From Takakia lepidozioides (Eukaryota > Plantae > Bryophyta), in contig CM060734.1 in the NCBI GenBank assembly GCA_030704615.1, positions 63,178,001-63,242,000 on the forward strand: a stretch of 64,000 bases of DNA. Direction: 5' to 3'. Shown piece after piece: positions 12,030-25,590 of the stretch; position 1 is the stretch's first letter; the number at the start of each line of letters is the position of its first letter. The notes under the pieces are model-generated. The model saw nothing but the letters and a program-made list of their open reading frames with translations. It ran no database searches and was not told where the DNA came from. The position numbers and the translations under genes are program-made.

Positions 12030-13879
12030 TGTCGCGCACCTCACTTCGGTAAGCTCCCCCCTCAAGTCATAGTTACTCGCTTCATACGCGCGCCTAACTC
12101 CCAACCTGGCCGCCAGGCCAACTTGGAGCTTCGGCTGCTCACCGGGGCATAACAGTCCCCCTTTGATCCCCCAAAGAACCCTCCAACGATTTCAAACCAG
12201 AGGAATTCCCTTTGGTAGTTGGTAGTCCGGAACAGCTCCCCACTCTTTGGTCGCTTTCCGGCTCGCTCGCTTACTCACTAGCTTTTGGTCACCAACGGGC
12301 TTGCACCGTTCTTGGGGTTACTACTCCCTATATATACTTCTGTAGCTGTCCGCGGGGGTTTCACAAACAACCATGTCATTTTATGGCGAACCACCACGAA
12401 CACCCTCGACTCCCGGTGATGAGTCGCGGTGAGTCTTGGCCCCCTATGGACCGTGATGAGTCCCAAGACTCCCCACGACTCCCACCACGAGGTCTCCGCC
12501 CCAGGGTGAGTCCTATGCCACCCCCACTAAGTCCCGCTAAGCTACCACCACCCCTTGTGGAGCCACCCCCACCGCAACCCGGTGTGCGGGGCTCCACCTA
12601 GTGAGCGCCTCTGCCTCCTTGAGTGCCTTGGGCACTCAAGGGTGCTTCAGCCCCCCATACCTATCGCTACCACTGCCCCCACCACAGGGGCAGCCCCTCT
12701 TGTGTCCCGACCCCCTGCCCTCAAGGCAAAGGGCCGCGACACACACCCCTACCAACAGGGAGTCAATGTCCTCATCGGCTTGTCCATTTTGTGGAAACGA
12801 ACATCCAAGTTGTGGCGTCCCACATCAAGGAGTTTGTTTCTGTACCATGGCGTCCCATGGCAAAGAACCAAACCCCACACTTGACTCTACTCTCCACTAG
12901 CTAGTTCGGCCGACTTCCTCCAAGTCGCGGCCAAGGGTGGAGCCTCTCAAGCTCCTCCCAGTGCACTCTTCTTGGCCTACTTCAAGGCCAAGGAACGATC
13001 CTCCCCGAGGATCGAATTGCCTTATTGCAACAACATTGCTTGCGGCCGCTCATGATGCCGCTTTTGGCATCACCTTGAGCAAAGGTTCACCTCGAACCCT
13101 CTTTGGCTAGGAATATAACCTTGAATCAACCGTGCACCCCAATCACTACAATTGGGTCCGCCTTGGAATGCTGGCCTGAGGTGCGGGAACACGCCGAAGC
13201 CGCACTACGACTTCGTCCCAAGGCTACACGATTATAGTACGTGAACGAAAGCACGTAGCTTCCGTGTTAGCCCGCACTACAAGGCAACCCCCTCGGTAGC
13301 GCAGTTATAGTACGCGCACGCGCCAGGTGCGCACTAGCACGTGAACTCCTAAAAAAGGCGCAAGCTTCCTTGCCCCTTGGATGGGAGTCACCCGATTTTG
13401 GCACTGCGCAAACACACGATTAACCCAATTTACCTCTCCCACTTTTGTAAGCTAGCATGCATTCTACATACTAGCCAACCACACCATGCATCACCATTCC
13501 GAACAAAATAGGAAGCACAACATTTGGAACCCGTTTCTTTTATAACAAATTTTTGAACAATACAAGTTTTTGCAATCGGATTCCTAAGCTAGCTAAGCCG
13601 GGCTAAGCATGCATTTCATCCCCCACGCTCCAAGGTTGATGTCCCCATCAACGGTTCTTCCGCTTTTGAGGTCGCCCTTCGAAAACTGCAACCGCCTCGG
13701 ATGCGTTTCCCATTTCTGAGGCACGCACCCAAGATGCCTCTACATGATGATAGCCCTTCCATTTGACGAGATACTCCGTTTCTCGGTTCTTGAACCTCCT
13801 TGACTTAAGTACTGCCTCCACCTCGTACTCAGGTTCATTTTCATGATCCAACAGCACAGGTGGCGAACGCAACACTTGA
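12030..13879 (-). mobile_element. Element C1: 3' end of a chromovirus (Ty3/Gypsy) with chromodomain, 3' UTR, PPT and 3' LTR (12030-12741)
   Basis: LTR TGTCGCGG...GCGCGACA on minus; purine-rich tract ggtaggggtgtg directly upstream; chromodomain EYEVEAVLKSR..EYLVKWKGY..ASWV at 13648-13875. Confidence 0.85.
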
Positions 13880-16800
13880 TGTCGCGGCCCTTTGCCTTGA
13901 GGGCAGGGGGTCGGGACACATGAGGGGCTGCCCCTGTGGTGGGGGCAGTGGCAGCGATAGGTACGGGGGGCTGAAGCACCCTTGAGTGTCTAAGGCACTC
14001 AAGGAGGCGGAGGTGCTCACTAGGTGGAGCCCCGCACACCGGGATGCGGTGGGGGTGGCTTCACAAAGGGGTGGTGGTAGCTTAGCGGGACTTAGTGGGG
14101 GTGGCATAGGACTCACCTTGGGGCGGAGACCTCGTGGTGCGAGTCGTGGGGAGTCTTGGGACTCATCACGGTCCATGGGGGCCGTGGTGGGTGGGCCAAG
14201 ACTCACCGCGACTCAATCCCCCACAAGCGGCGAAAAGGCAAAAAATTGTACAAAGTTTCATTGGTGAACGCAACACACGTGGGCCAGATATTGTCGATGG
14301 AATTACTGATCGCGATGGGAATAGGCCAATCCAGTCGAGGGTTTTCGTGGTGGTTCGCCATAAAATGGCATGGTTGTTTGTGAAACCCCCGCGGATAGCT
14401 ACAAAAGCATATATAGGGAGTAGTAACCCCGAGAACGGTGCAAGCCCGTTGGTGACCAAAAACTAGTGAGTAAGCGAGCGAGCCGGAAAGCGACCAAAGA
14501 GTGGGGAGCTGTTCCGGACTGCCAACTACCGAAGGGAATTCCCACTGGGCCCAAATCGGTGGAGGGTTCTTTGGGAGATCAAAGGGGGACTGCTATGCCC
14601 CGGTGAGCAGCCGAAGCTCCAAGTTGGCCCGGCGGCCAGGTTGGGAGTTAGGCGCACGCATCAAAGCGAGTAACTATAACTTGAAGGGGAGCTTACCGAA
14701 GTGAGGTGCGTGACACTTGGTATCAGAGCTTAGAGTTCAGTACGTGATCGTCCTTGGGATTGGCCTCATCATGGGGTCGGGCAAGCCAAAGCGAAAGCGG
14801 AACGGCCCAAAAGATGATGATCCTGGTGAGCCCGATGGGGGCAACGTGTCACCGAGGCGGCCGTTTGAGGAAGCGATGAAGGTTTCCGAAAACGAGGCCG
14901 CTCAAGAGCGAGAGGAATCCGAGGAGTCGGAGCCCGAGGAATCCCTGAGAGCTCCGACCGACCAATAGATGTCTGCCATGCCAGCACCTTCGAGGGCGTC
15001 CGAAATTGGAAGGCACTCAACACCTAGCTCCTGGAGCTAGAGCAGTACTTCCGGGCGGCCAGTTGAGCGACGAGGATCGGGTGGAAGTGGCTCCCACCTA
15101 TTTGAGGGGCTATGCTCAACAATGGTGGCAGAAACGCCTTCACGACCGAGGTCCAAGCTCGGAAACCTTGAACTGGAGTGGGTTCAAGGAATTGATGAAG
15201 AGACAGTTTGTGCCCCTCAACGCGTCCTGACTTGCCCGGGACAAGATGAGGAATTTGAAGCAAACAGATGACATTCGGGGATATGTCCAGGCTTTCAATG
15301 TGCTTTTGCTCGAAGTTGCGGACATGGTAGAACCAGAAATGGTCTTCAACTTTGTGGTGAGATTGGCCCCATGGGCCAGGCGGAAGTTGGAGGAGAAGCC
15401 ACCTAAGACTTTGAACGAGGCAATTGAGAGGGCTGAATGTTTCTCGGATGTCCCTAGGGGTGAAAGACAAGGCCGTACGGAGCTGAACCACAAGAAGACC
15501 CGGCGGGAAGGTGACCCCTTCCGACCGGAAAAGAAGTGGGATAGGCCACGCGGCGACAATGGCACGTGGAAATCGAAGGGAGGGCCTTCACACGTCAAGG
15601 CGGTACCCGGTGCTTCGAAAGGAAAACCGGGTGGAGCGGCTTATGGCGGACAGAAGATCACCTTTGATGGAGTGTGTTTCAATTGCGGGGAGCCCGGGCA
15701 CATGGCCAAGAAGTGCACAAAACCTCGACAATTGAACATGACTCGGGCAACCACGGAGCTGTCGGAAGATACCATCAGTCGCTTGGTGGAAGCGGTGGTC
15801 GCCAGGACTTGCAAGGTAGGCAACTATTCTTGTGAGTTGTATCAGGAAACTGGCGCCCTACGTAAAGGGAGTCAGTTATTGTTTGTGGATGGGATAATAT
15901 CCGGAACTAATGTGTCGTTGTTGGTGGACACAGGAGCGTCGCACTCCTTCATGACACCGGCGGCGGTGCAAAAGTTGGGACTCCCGACAAGTGACGTGGG
16001 GGCCTCTATTGAGGTGCGTTCTGCCAAAGGAGAACCACGACTGGCGACAAGGTTGGCATTTGATGTTCCTCTTCAACTGGAGAGTTGGGAGGGACGTGAG
16101 AACTTCACCATCTGCGAGATCGATGGAGTGGATCTCATTTTGGGGATGACCTTTTTGAGCAAATCCGGAGCGGTCATAGATGGCCGCAAGAGAGTAGTCA
16201 CACTACCATGTGGGAATGGTGGCGAGGTCTTACGAGTGTCAGAAACGCCCAAACCTGTGGGAGGGCGAATAAGCCTTCTGTCAGCAAGGGAGTGGGCCGT
16301 GGAGGAGGCACACGAGCCCCAGTTTTTGCTCTACATTAGAGAAGTGAAGGGGGAAGGCAATGGGGAGCCGAGCCCAGATTGGATCAAGGGGATTTTGGAG
16401 AAATACCAGGATGTGATGCCGGAGGATTTACCAAGCGGTTTGCCACCGCGAAGAGGAGTTGACCACAAGATTGAGGTGATACCGGGATCGGAACCGCCTG
16501 CCAAGGCGCCCTACCGGTTGAGCCACAGAGAGTTGGTCGAGCTGAAGACTCAGCTCAAAGATCTAATGTCAAAGGGGTACATCCGGCCGAGTAAGTCACC
16601 TTACGGAGCCCCGGTGCTATTTGCAGATAAAAAGGATGGGACGCTGCAGATGTGTGTCAATTACAGGGCTCTGAATAAGGTGACTATAAAAAACCGGTAC
16701 CCTTTGCCAAGGATCAACGACCTCTTTGATCGGTTGGCAGGAGCGAAGTACTTCAGCCGGATCGACTTGCGCTCCGGCTATCATCAAATTCGGGTGGCGG

Positions 16801-17430
16801 AAGGAGATGAGGAGAAGACCGCGTGCAGGACAAGGTATGGTTCATATGAGTTCTTGGTGATGCTTTTTGGGCTCACCAATGCACCAGCGACATTTAGCAC
16901 GCTGATGAATAGCCTTTTTCAGGAGTGGTTGGATGACTTTGTGATCGTGTACATCGACGACATCTTGGTGTACTAAAACAAAGGAGGAGCACCTGGAGCA
17001 CCTGAAAAGGGTGTTCCAAAAATTGCGGGAAGGGAAGCTATACGCCAAAGCTTCAAAGTGCGAATTCGGGGTCACAAAAGTGGAGTTCTTGGGGCATGTG
17101 ATTACACAGGATGGGATCAAAATGGATGACAGAAAAGTGAGGGCGATCTTGGACTGGGAGCCTCCGACTTCGGTCCCGGGAGTGCGATCCTTCCTAGGAC
17201 TCGCCTCCTATTACTGGAAGTATGTGAGAAATTTCGCCAAGATCGCAGTGCCGTTGTCGGACCTTCTGTGTAAATCCAAAGTCTGGGTATGGAACACCTT
17301 TTGTGGCCAAGCTTTTGCTGAATTGAAGTAGCGGATGGCAGAAGCTCCAGTCTTGAAAATCCCGGAGTTCGATCGTCCATTCGAGATTCATACGGATGCG
17401 TCGGACTTCACGATTGGGGGTGTACTTATG
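13880..17430 (+). mobile_element. Element C2: 5' part of a chromovirus of the same family as C1 (5' LTR 13880-14715, tRNA-iMet PBS, gag-PR-RT-partial RH)
   Basis: LTR TGTCGCGG...GCGTGACA with TATA at ~14410; PBS tggtatcagagc at 14718-14729; [14 protein letters not shown]; [11 protein letters not shown]; YIDD; HTDASDF; stops/frameshifts; truncated at ~17430. Confidence 0.9.
14770..17430 (+). pseudogene. C2 gag-pol (degenerate)
   Basis: ORF pieces 14770-14968, 15006-15230, 15246-16976 and 17011-17430 with Gypsy gag/PR/RT/RH motifs. Confidence 0.85.
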
Positions 17431-17869
17431 CAAGGCCTTCGAAAGATTGGCATGTCACTTGTCAAATCAATACGAATCTCCTTACCCTTCAAACTCCCCA
17501 AATCCTTCAATCCGAAGGCAAAACAATTTCTATAAGCCCTTAGAAATCGCCGAATCCTCCGTCTCTCTCCTCCGATGACTGTAGGTCCAACATCTGGTTC
17601 CCAATTGTCTTCAGTGACTGCAACCTTGGGTACACCAGGCTTGGAGGTAGGAGACGCATCCTTTGGTTGCTAGATAGCAACCTCGTGGGCCTTGTCCATC
17701 CATCCTGACTGTGGCGTAGCCTCCACTTGCTCCGCCATAGCCACCTTAAGAACATCCTCTGGGGAAGAAACATCTTCAACCTCTTCAAAAACCTTAGCCA
17801 CCTTGGCCTCCAACTGATCCTCAGTGTATGGCTCTCCCCAGTCCTCATACTGCTGCTTGGGAGATCCAT
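17431..17869 (-). mobile_element. Fragment of a third MTase-Gypsy copy (E): MTase-RT linker and RT N-terminus
   Basis: Reverse complement matches B ~34917-35351 (ggatctc.caagcagcagtatgagga ... ccaat.tttcgaaggcc). Confidence 0.8.
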
Positions 17870-20800
17870 CACCCCTCCTCTAGCGCTGAGTTCCTCGAGG
17901 AGCGGTAAAATCTTGGACTTGCTTAGAGTTGGAGAAAATCCAGAATCCGGCGAATGGTACGTGCCAAGTATTCGGCTCTTCGTTCTTGACTCAAATGATT
18001 TATAGGTCCCTGCAACCATTGATAGTGTCCAACACCTTGAACTTGGGACCACGCAGTGATTTGAGCATTCTGATTTTCGAAAATGCCTTCAAACATGATT
18101 TCGTTGCTCTCTGGGTCCGAAGCCTCAACCTCCAACAGAATTATCAAACTTCGAGTAGGCTCCACTTGCCGTCGTACGAGGTCCAAACAATGAAGTACGC
18201 GTCGCATTGGTGGCCCATTGTCTCGAGAGCGTCGGCGTGATGTTGAAGGTCGTGAGAGTTAGAATGGCTGATCTGGTAGCTGGGTAAGCGACAACTCCAA
18301 TATATCTGGTTCTTGTGACTCCATGCTGCGAATACAAGATGCAAGAGTGCTGGAAGTGTAGCTATATATACTTATGTGTGGTGCTCGTCCATCCTTGGCG
18401 TGTATCAGGTACATTGAATGTGGAGTGTTCTCCTTGAAGCTAGCTTGGCTGACATCATCGTTGTGACGTCTCATTGACGTATAGCTCGGGGCTTAGCTGG
18501 ATATCGTTGATGAAACACTTGGACTTTATCCGAGGCATTGACGAGGTTGGATGAAGGTTCCTACGTTCGTTCGTTGCTGTCGTAGCCTTTCCAATGTACG
18601 AAATACTCAAATCGTTTATACTTGATGCGAGACTCTAGGACTTCGTCGACTTCATACTCAATTTCCTGATTGACTTCGATTGGTGGAGGTGGTATGGAAA
18701 CTCTCCCTGGAATATTCGATGGATGATACAACTTCAATAGTGAAATATGAAAGACTGGATGGATGCGCATACTTCGTGGGAGTTCAAGCCAAAAACTGAC
18801 CGGATTTATTTGTCGAATAATTTTGAATGGTCCCAGGCGTTGATAATCCAACTTCTTTGATGGTCGCAAGGTTTGTATGTCTCATCAAAGAAGCCACACA
18901 CGATCTCCGACCTTGAACTGGGGTTGGAGTTGGCGACTTTGATCTGCATACTCCTTGTATTATTTTTGAGCTTTTGCGAGGTGGGATGTAAGCTCTTTAT
19001 GAATCGTAGCAAGATGAGTAGCAAGGTTTTTTGCAGCAGGGCTTCCAACAGTTTTCATGTGGAAAAGGTTTGCTCGAGGATGATGACCATAATTGGAGAA
19101 AAATGGAGTTTGCTTGGTCGAAGAATATATAGTGTTGTTGTAGGCAAACTCAACCAATGACAGAAGGTCCGTCCAATTATCTTGGTGATAATTTATCGTA
19201 CAGCGAAGATACTGTTCCAAAATCTGGTTTACACGTGCGGTTTGACCATCAGTCTGTGGATGATTAGCCGTAGAGAGGTTGATCTTAGTATCCAATATGT
19301 GAAATAATCCCCTCTAAATATTTGATATGAACTGTGGTCCTCGATCAGATACGATGTCCTTCGGGAGTCCATGAATGCGGTAGATATTATTAAGGAAGAG
19401 TCTTGCAGTTTCCTCGCCGGTAACCGTCTTATTACATGGAATGAAATGTGCCATCTTCGTAAAACGATCTACAATAACAAGGATTGAATCGATGGTCTTG
19501 GAAATTGGAAGGTCCGTAATAAAGTCCATAGACACGGACGACCATGGACCCTTGGGAATGGGTAATGGTTGAAGAAGGCCATAAGGTCGATGTCGTGGTC
19601 CCTTCGCTCTAGCACACGTGTCGCAAGATTTTATAAATTCTTTCACGAGTTTCCACATCTGCGGCCACCAATAGTCCCTGGATATCAACTCCAATGTTTT
19701 GTTGAAGCCGAAATGTCCAGCAGCCGGAAGATCATGACATGTTTGAAGAATTCGAAGTCGTATAGGTCCTGGAGGTACATAGAGAAATCCCTTGAAGTAA
19801 AGTAAACCAGCTTTGAATTCGAAGTCGTTTGTAACATGTGGGTTGTCTCGAGGTTGATTTAGTTGACCTCTTAGTGTCGTAGCAAAATGGTCGCTCTTTA
19901 GTGCTTCTTGAATCTCCTTTATGATCTCTGCATCGTCATAGGTGGACACGGACATCATATTCAATTGGAGATTTGTTGGTTTCAGGATGATGGATTTTTG
20001 TTGGTCAAAAGCTGCATCCCCTTCTTTTGGCGCAAGATACGATCATCGAGAAAGAGCATCTGGTTTTCCTTGAAGATGTCTGGGACAGTAGGTAATAACA
20101 AAATCAAACCTTGCTAGTGATATACTCCATCTCGCTTGACGTCGATTCAAAACACGAACACTCATAAAATATTCGAGGTTTTTGTGATCGGTATAGACAG
20201 TGACGTGATGTTTAGCTCCCTCCAATAGATGTCATCACTCCTCAAAAGCAATGATAATCGCTAGAAGTTTTTTGTCATGGATTTCATAATTGATCTCCGC
20301 AGCGGAAAATTTGCAAGAATGAAAACCAACAAGATGGAGTCGGCCATCTGTATCGTATTGAGAGAATACCGCGCCAAGTGCAAAGTCCGATGCATCTGCT
20401 TCTAAGAAGAATGGTTTAGATGGGTCTGCATGTACTAGTATGGGAGCCGTTGTAAATGTCTGCTTCAGCTTTTCAAATGCCTGGTCAGCCTTCTCGTCCC
20501 ATACAAATTTGTCCTTCCCTATGAGTCGTGTCAATGGTGCAACAATTTTGGAGTAGTCATTGATGAAGATTCTATAGAAATTTGCAAAGCCCAGAAAACA
20601 TTGTACATCTCAGACCAAAGTTGGTTTAATCCACTCGATGATGGTTTGTATTTTTTTCTGATCCATAAAGACGTCTTTGTCGAAAATAATGTAGCCCAGA
20701 AATTCGACCTCAGATTGATGGAAAAGACATTTATCCAACTTGGCATATAGTCTTTTTTCTCTTAATTTATCAATGACAAGGCGTACATGGCAGCCATGTT

Positions 20801-23254
20801 CTTCTTCATTATGTGAAAATATCAAAATGTCGTCCAAACAGATGACTACAAAGTCATCTAAAAATTCTCGAAAGATGTCATTCATCATATGTTGGAAAAT
20901 TGCTGGAGCATTTGTAAGACCGAAAGGCATAACACTGCATTCAAAATGTCCATACCTTGTTCGAAAAGTTGTTTTCCATTCGTCTCCTTCTTTTATCCGT
21001 ACAAGGTTATAAGCTCCTCTCAAGTCGATTTTGGTGAAAATCTTTGCTCGTCCCAGCTGGTCGAGAAGCCCAGAAATCAGCAGCAACGGATAACGATTCT
21101 TGATTGTGACTTTGTTGAGACCACGATAGTCGACACACATGCGTAATGATCCGTCCTTCTTTTTCACAAATAAGATAGACGCCCCTACGGGTGATTTTGA
21201 ATGTCGAATGAAGTGCTTCGACAAATTTTCATCAATGTATTCACGTAATGCAGCCAACTCCGTCTGGGATAAGTTATAGATTGGGCCGAATGGTGGTTGG
21301 GCTCCTTCTTGTAACTCAATTGCACAGTCATAAGGTCGATGTTCTGGCAATATGTCTGCATTTTTCTTCTCGAAGACATCTTTGAAATCTTGATATTGAG
21401 CGGGTAATGTTGAAGTACATTTGTCTGTTGTGGTCTTGATCGAAGTCGCATAAAGTGCAAATGTCGCCTCATTTTTGGTAGCTCTCATGAAAACTCTAGC
21501 TCCAAGGAATAGGGGTTGAATACCTTTGATATTTCTACATTTTTGTCTTGCAGAAATTTTTCGCGATCGTCAGTCGATGTCGGGATTGTGAAGTACGAAC
21601 CAGGGAAGTCCAAGGATCACAGGATTTGTTGGAGACTAGATGACATTGAAAACAATATGTGATGCTTGATCTTTAAGCTTCACTTCAAGTGGTCGAGTTT
21701 CATGGTCCACATTTCCTGATGCTAATGGTCGTCCATCGATAACTTCAACGGGGGCCGAAAGTTTATTCTTTATGAATGTTAAATTGTTTTGCTTCGCAAA
21801 GTTTTTGTCCATAAAACAAGCTGAAGCTCCTGAGTCCAAAAGTGCTTCTACAGTGATATCTCGATTTTGCACTCTAATTTTTACCGGAACTGTGAAACAA
21901 GGTGCAGGGTCTGGAGGTAGAAAGAGACATTTTTTCGGTAAGGAATTTGTGGTGTCCAGCCGCATGGTCCCTACTGTGACTGGACATCTTCATTTTCCCA
22001 CCTTCTCGTATCGATCACTTGAGCTTTGAATCTTTTCTTGTTGGGGCAGTTTAATGCTATGTGATCTTCTTCTCCGCAATAGAGGCATAATCCATTCGAG
22101 CGCCGTCTTTGTTTTTCTTGTGGCGTCAATGGCTTGAATCGGACAGCATCAATCTGCATAGGATCACTACTGGATGTCTGATGGATCGTTGTGTTTGGTG
22201 TCGTAGTAGCAGTGACATGATGCGTTGTAGACCATCCAGATCGCTTCTCTTGACGTCTTTCGAACAAACGATTATCGCATGCAATGACTTGGGTGATGAA
22301 TTCACTCAGTGTACTCTCGTTTGGCATTGTTAGCACCAAATATTTTACATCATCTTTTAGTTCACATCAAAACTGGCTAAGCTCTTCTCATTCCAGTCGA
22401 GGTCGCACGCAAGTTGTCAAAATTCGACAGCATAAACGGAAGCAGGACGTGCTCCTTGTCGAAGATTTTGCATATTTGTTTCTGCAACTCTCTCTCTATC
22501 ATTTTCTCCAAACGTTGCAGTGAACTCGGACATGAATGCTTCAAAATTATATAGTAAATGCGAATTTTTTTCTAATAGTGGTGCAAACCAAGATAGGGCA
22601 GTGCCTGACAGAAGGGTGCCCACGAATCCCACTTGAATACCTTCATCGGGATATGGTTGTGGATGTAGTCGTAGGAACAGTCGTACTTGTTGAACAAAAC
22701 CGCGAAATCTTGATCTCGTCCCATCAAATTTCTCGGGCATGCTAATCTTTGGTTCTCTCGTAATCTGTTGAAGAGGAACCATTGCAGTAGGAGCTGTTGC
22801 AATATGGACTCGTATGGTTGAAGATCCATTGTTCGACTCCTTTAACTCTAAAATTTGTTGTTACAAATTGTGTAAAGCGTTGTCAAGATCTTGAGACTGA
22901 TCAGCTTGCAATTGGGTGATAGATATACAAAGTTCTTACATCTGGAGCTGAAGACTCTGCAATGTGGTGACCATTTCCGCAAATGTGTCTTCCATCTTAA
23001 CAAACTAAAAAACAAACTTTAGTCTCGCCAAACTGTCAAGGACGAAAACACGACAAAACACAAACAAGAGATCAGACTAGAGGTACAAGACTAGACAAGA
23101 AGTCAAGGTCGGCATGGCCGAATGCATAGTAGGTGAACATGAATCAAGATGATCTTTATAACAATGGACCAGAGTGGAACTCGACTTGGATACTGGAATG
23201 CTGGAAACTAGACTGGAATACCAAACTGGACTGGATACTGGAAGCTGGACTGGA
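17870..23254 (-). mobile_element. Element D: Tcn1/Tf1-sushi-type chromovirus (partial 5' LTR 23034-23254, gag, PR, RT, RH, INT, chromodomain, extra 3' ORF, PPT); 3' LTR missing
   Basis: gag REPKISMPEKFDG, PMQID, CLYCGEEDHIALNC; ALLDSGAS; CLDD (degenerate YLDD); ADASDF; SMDFITDLP, SDRGPQF; chromodomain [16 protein letters not shown]; PPT agaggaggggtga at ~17882-17870. Confidence 0.9.
17923..18474 (-). pseudogene. Extra ORF between pol and PPT of element D, unknown function (one internal stop)
   Basis: ORFs 18259-18474 and 17923-18207 are in the same frame; the ATG overlaps the pol stop as ATGA. Confidence 0.45.
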
Positions 23255-23261
23255 ATTGTCT

Positions 23262-25590
23262 TTCTATTACTGACCTTTTCATTGGTCCCTCACCATTGTT
23301 TGTGTCTTTGTAGGAGCGGTGCTTGGATTCCGACACGAACATGCCGAACACGAATATGGCAGAATCAGTCCACTCCTCCTGGCGAGCGTCTTCTGCCGTA
23401 CATTTGGTGGACGTAGTGATGGCCACAACGGAGGACATCGACAGAGCAATCATGCAGCAAGCCACGTACTACAAGTTCCTGAGCGGGAAACAATGGGGCT
23501 TTGGGCCGGACAGGGAGGAATTGTTGGTACGAACAGCTTCGAGGTCGAAGAATCCACTAAAATGGGCGACAACATTGCAAGAGAAGATCAAAGGGACGCC
23601 TCTGCACCACAGAGGTGAATACCTAGAGGGGGACGTCCGTACTCGCCCTGTGAGGTGGAGGATTGAAGAGGAACCCGGGTGCGAAGAGGATTCCTGGAGA
23701 TCCGACAGGAACATTCGGACAGCACCTCGAGGTCCCGTCATGTTGCCGCACAATGTGTCTTCCAGCAGTGGAAGCCCAAGAAATTCCAGATCGCCATCGC
23801 CTTCAAGCGGGGATTCCGTGCGAGAAATTCCCACCGCTCACTTGCCTCAGATTCCGCCCGCTATTATGCAGTATAGCCAAGCCTTGTGGAGACTGTGTCT
23901 GCATCACAGTGGAGAATTGCTCGCACAAAGCCATCGTTTCGAGGCAGGTGTTCCGCAATTCGAGTGGATACACGGCAACGTTGTTTAGAGATGATAAGGA
24001 GGAATCCAGATGGGGCTGTCCCTGCTCCTACTTTTACATGAAGATTTGTCCATGCAAAGTTTGCGGAGGCGTCAACCACCCAGTTCTGGTTCTGCAAGCA
24101 CGACATTATGACTTGCGTGTATGGAAAGCCCAAGTATGGCATACAAACAATGCCAGAGGCTCCCCCGGTGTGGCCGGTGGAACCAGGCTGCGATCTGAGT
24201 CAGGTTGAGGCCGACGCCCTTACCGCCGCAGGATTTTGGATGGTGCAGCGCACTGACATCCCCAGACAACCATTTCCACTTCCACAGCCTCCACCACCGA
24301 CCCCTATGAGAGCAAGAACAATGGGACACGACAGCTCTAAGCATCCTACACACCGTTGGGGGAAACCGAAGAGGTGGCGACCTCCCTCAAAAGTGAACGA
24401 GACAAGGATGTGGAATGCACTTTGGATGAACTGTACAATCTAGAGCTCGATAGAAGTGCCCCCACCAGGCTTCGGGCATGTGTATCAGATGGCCACGATA
24501 GGCTCAGCTGTTCGCAATGATACACCATTACCATTTCAGAATTACCCACCTGCAATTGCACCGACTTCCAGATCATGGCGAACAAAGGGGCATCATACTG
24601 CCCTTGCAAGCATATGTACTACGTGTACCTAAAGAGACTCCGGTGTAATTCCACAACTCAGCACTTCATACATGCACCAGGGTTGAGCCCCCAAGAGGTG
24701 CACACTCTTCTGAATATGGATCCAGGGGACCAGTGAGCTTGGCTTGCGGTCCCAACACAATGGTACGCCCATCCTTTTTGGATAGTAGAACTGTACTGCT
24801 GCAAGTAGCTCTGACTCTGGCCACAGAAAGGTCCGACTTATGTCTTGCCTACCAGTAACATGTTTTGCTCGAACTAAGATAATACTATGTCGTTCACTTG
24901 TGTTTCCACGTGCATGTATTTTTGTGTGTTGGAGGGTTCTTGTTTTTCTGCTTTCCCAAACTTTGCTTTCCTCATTCGACCCCCGGCAAGGAAATGCGGC
25001 GCCGCATTTCCAAGTAACGTCGTAGGTACTGGTAGATGCGGCCTTCGCCAACACCAAACCGCCCAGAAATTTCGCACGTGCGAACCCTAATGCGGCACCG
25101 CATTTCGCAAACCTTTCTCGCCGAATACCCGAAGATAACAGAATTGTGAAGTACTGCAGACTCTATTGGTGCAGACTCTATTGGTTCAATCGCGGCAAAA
25201 TGGTCAGCTTCATTCCAATGTTAAGGCATGTAAAACCGCGGAATACTCTATACAGGTCAGTATGCGACGTCCTTTTGCCGTGGTATACTGGATTTCTCGT
25301 TGCACGGTCACTCATTTCCATGAGCGGATCTAAAAAACCATGAGCGGACTTATTACTGACGACATATCTTCTTATTACTGACGACATATCTTCGCCGCAT
25401 TACAGGATCTGGAACTTCCAAAAATGGCAAGGTCAAATAAAAAACTATTATTTTAATACTTGTTTAATCTGCCGCATTTCCAAATTTGGAGGAGTCCGCT
25501 CATGAAATCCGCGTGTCTTAGACTTCGGCTCACCGCTCATGCGGCTCATGCGGCTCATGGCTCATGGTTTCTGCTCATGAAATAGTAAAC
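23262..25590 (+). mobile_element. Degenerate Mutator-like (MULE) transposase remnant with C-terminal SWIM zinc finger and subterminal repeats
   Basis: PNTNMAESVH resembles the MULE catalytic-Glu motif. YTITISELPTCNCTDF...CPCKHMYYV (CxC..CxH SWIM) at ~24520-24630. Repeated gccgcattt and gctcatg(c)g units at 25000-25580. Confidence 0.55.

Noticed and set aside
12030-12040. C1 LTR terminus (tgtcgcgcac) as the missing R unit of element A (tgtcgtgcac)
   Set aside because: Similarity is limited to 10 bp; the rest matches the C2 LTR
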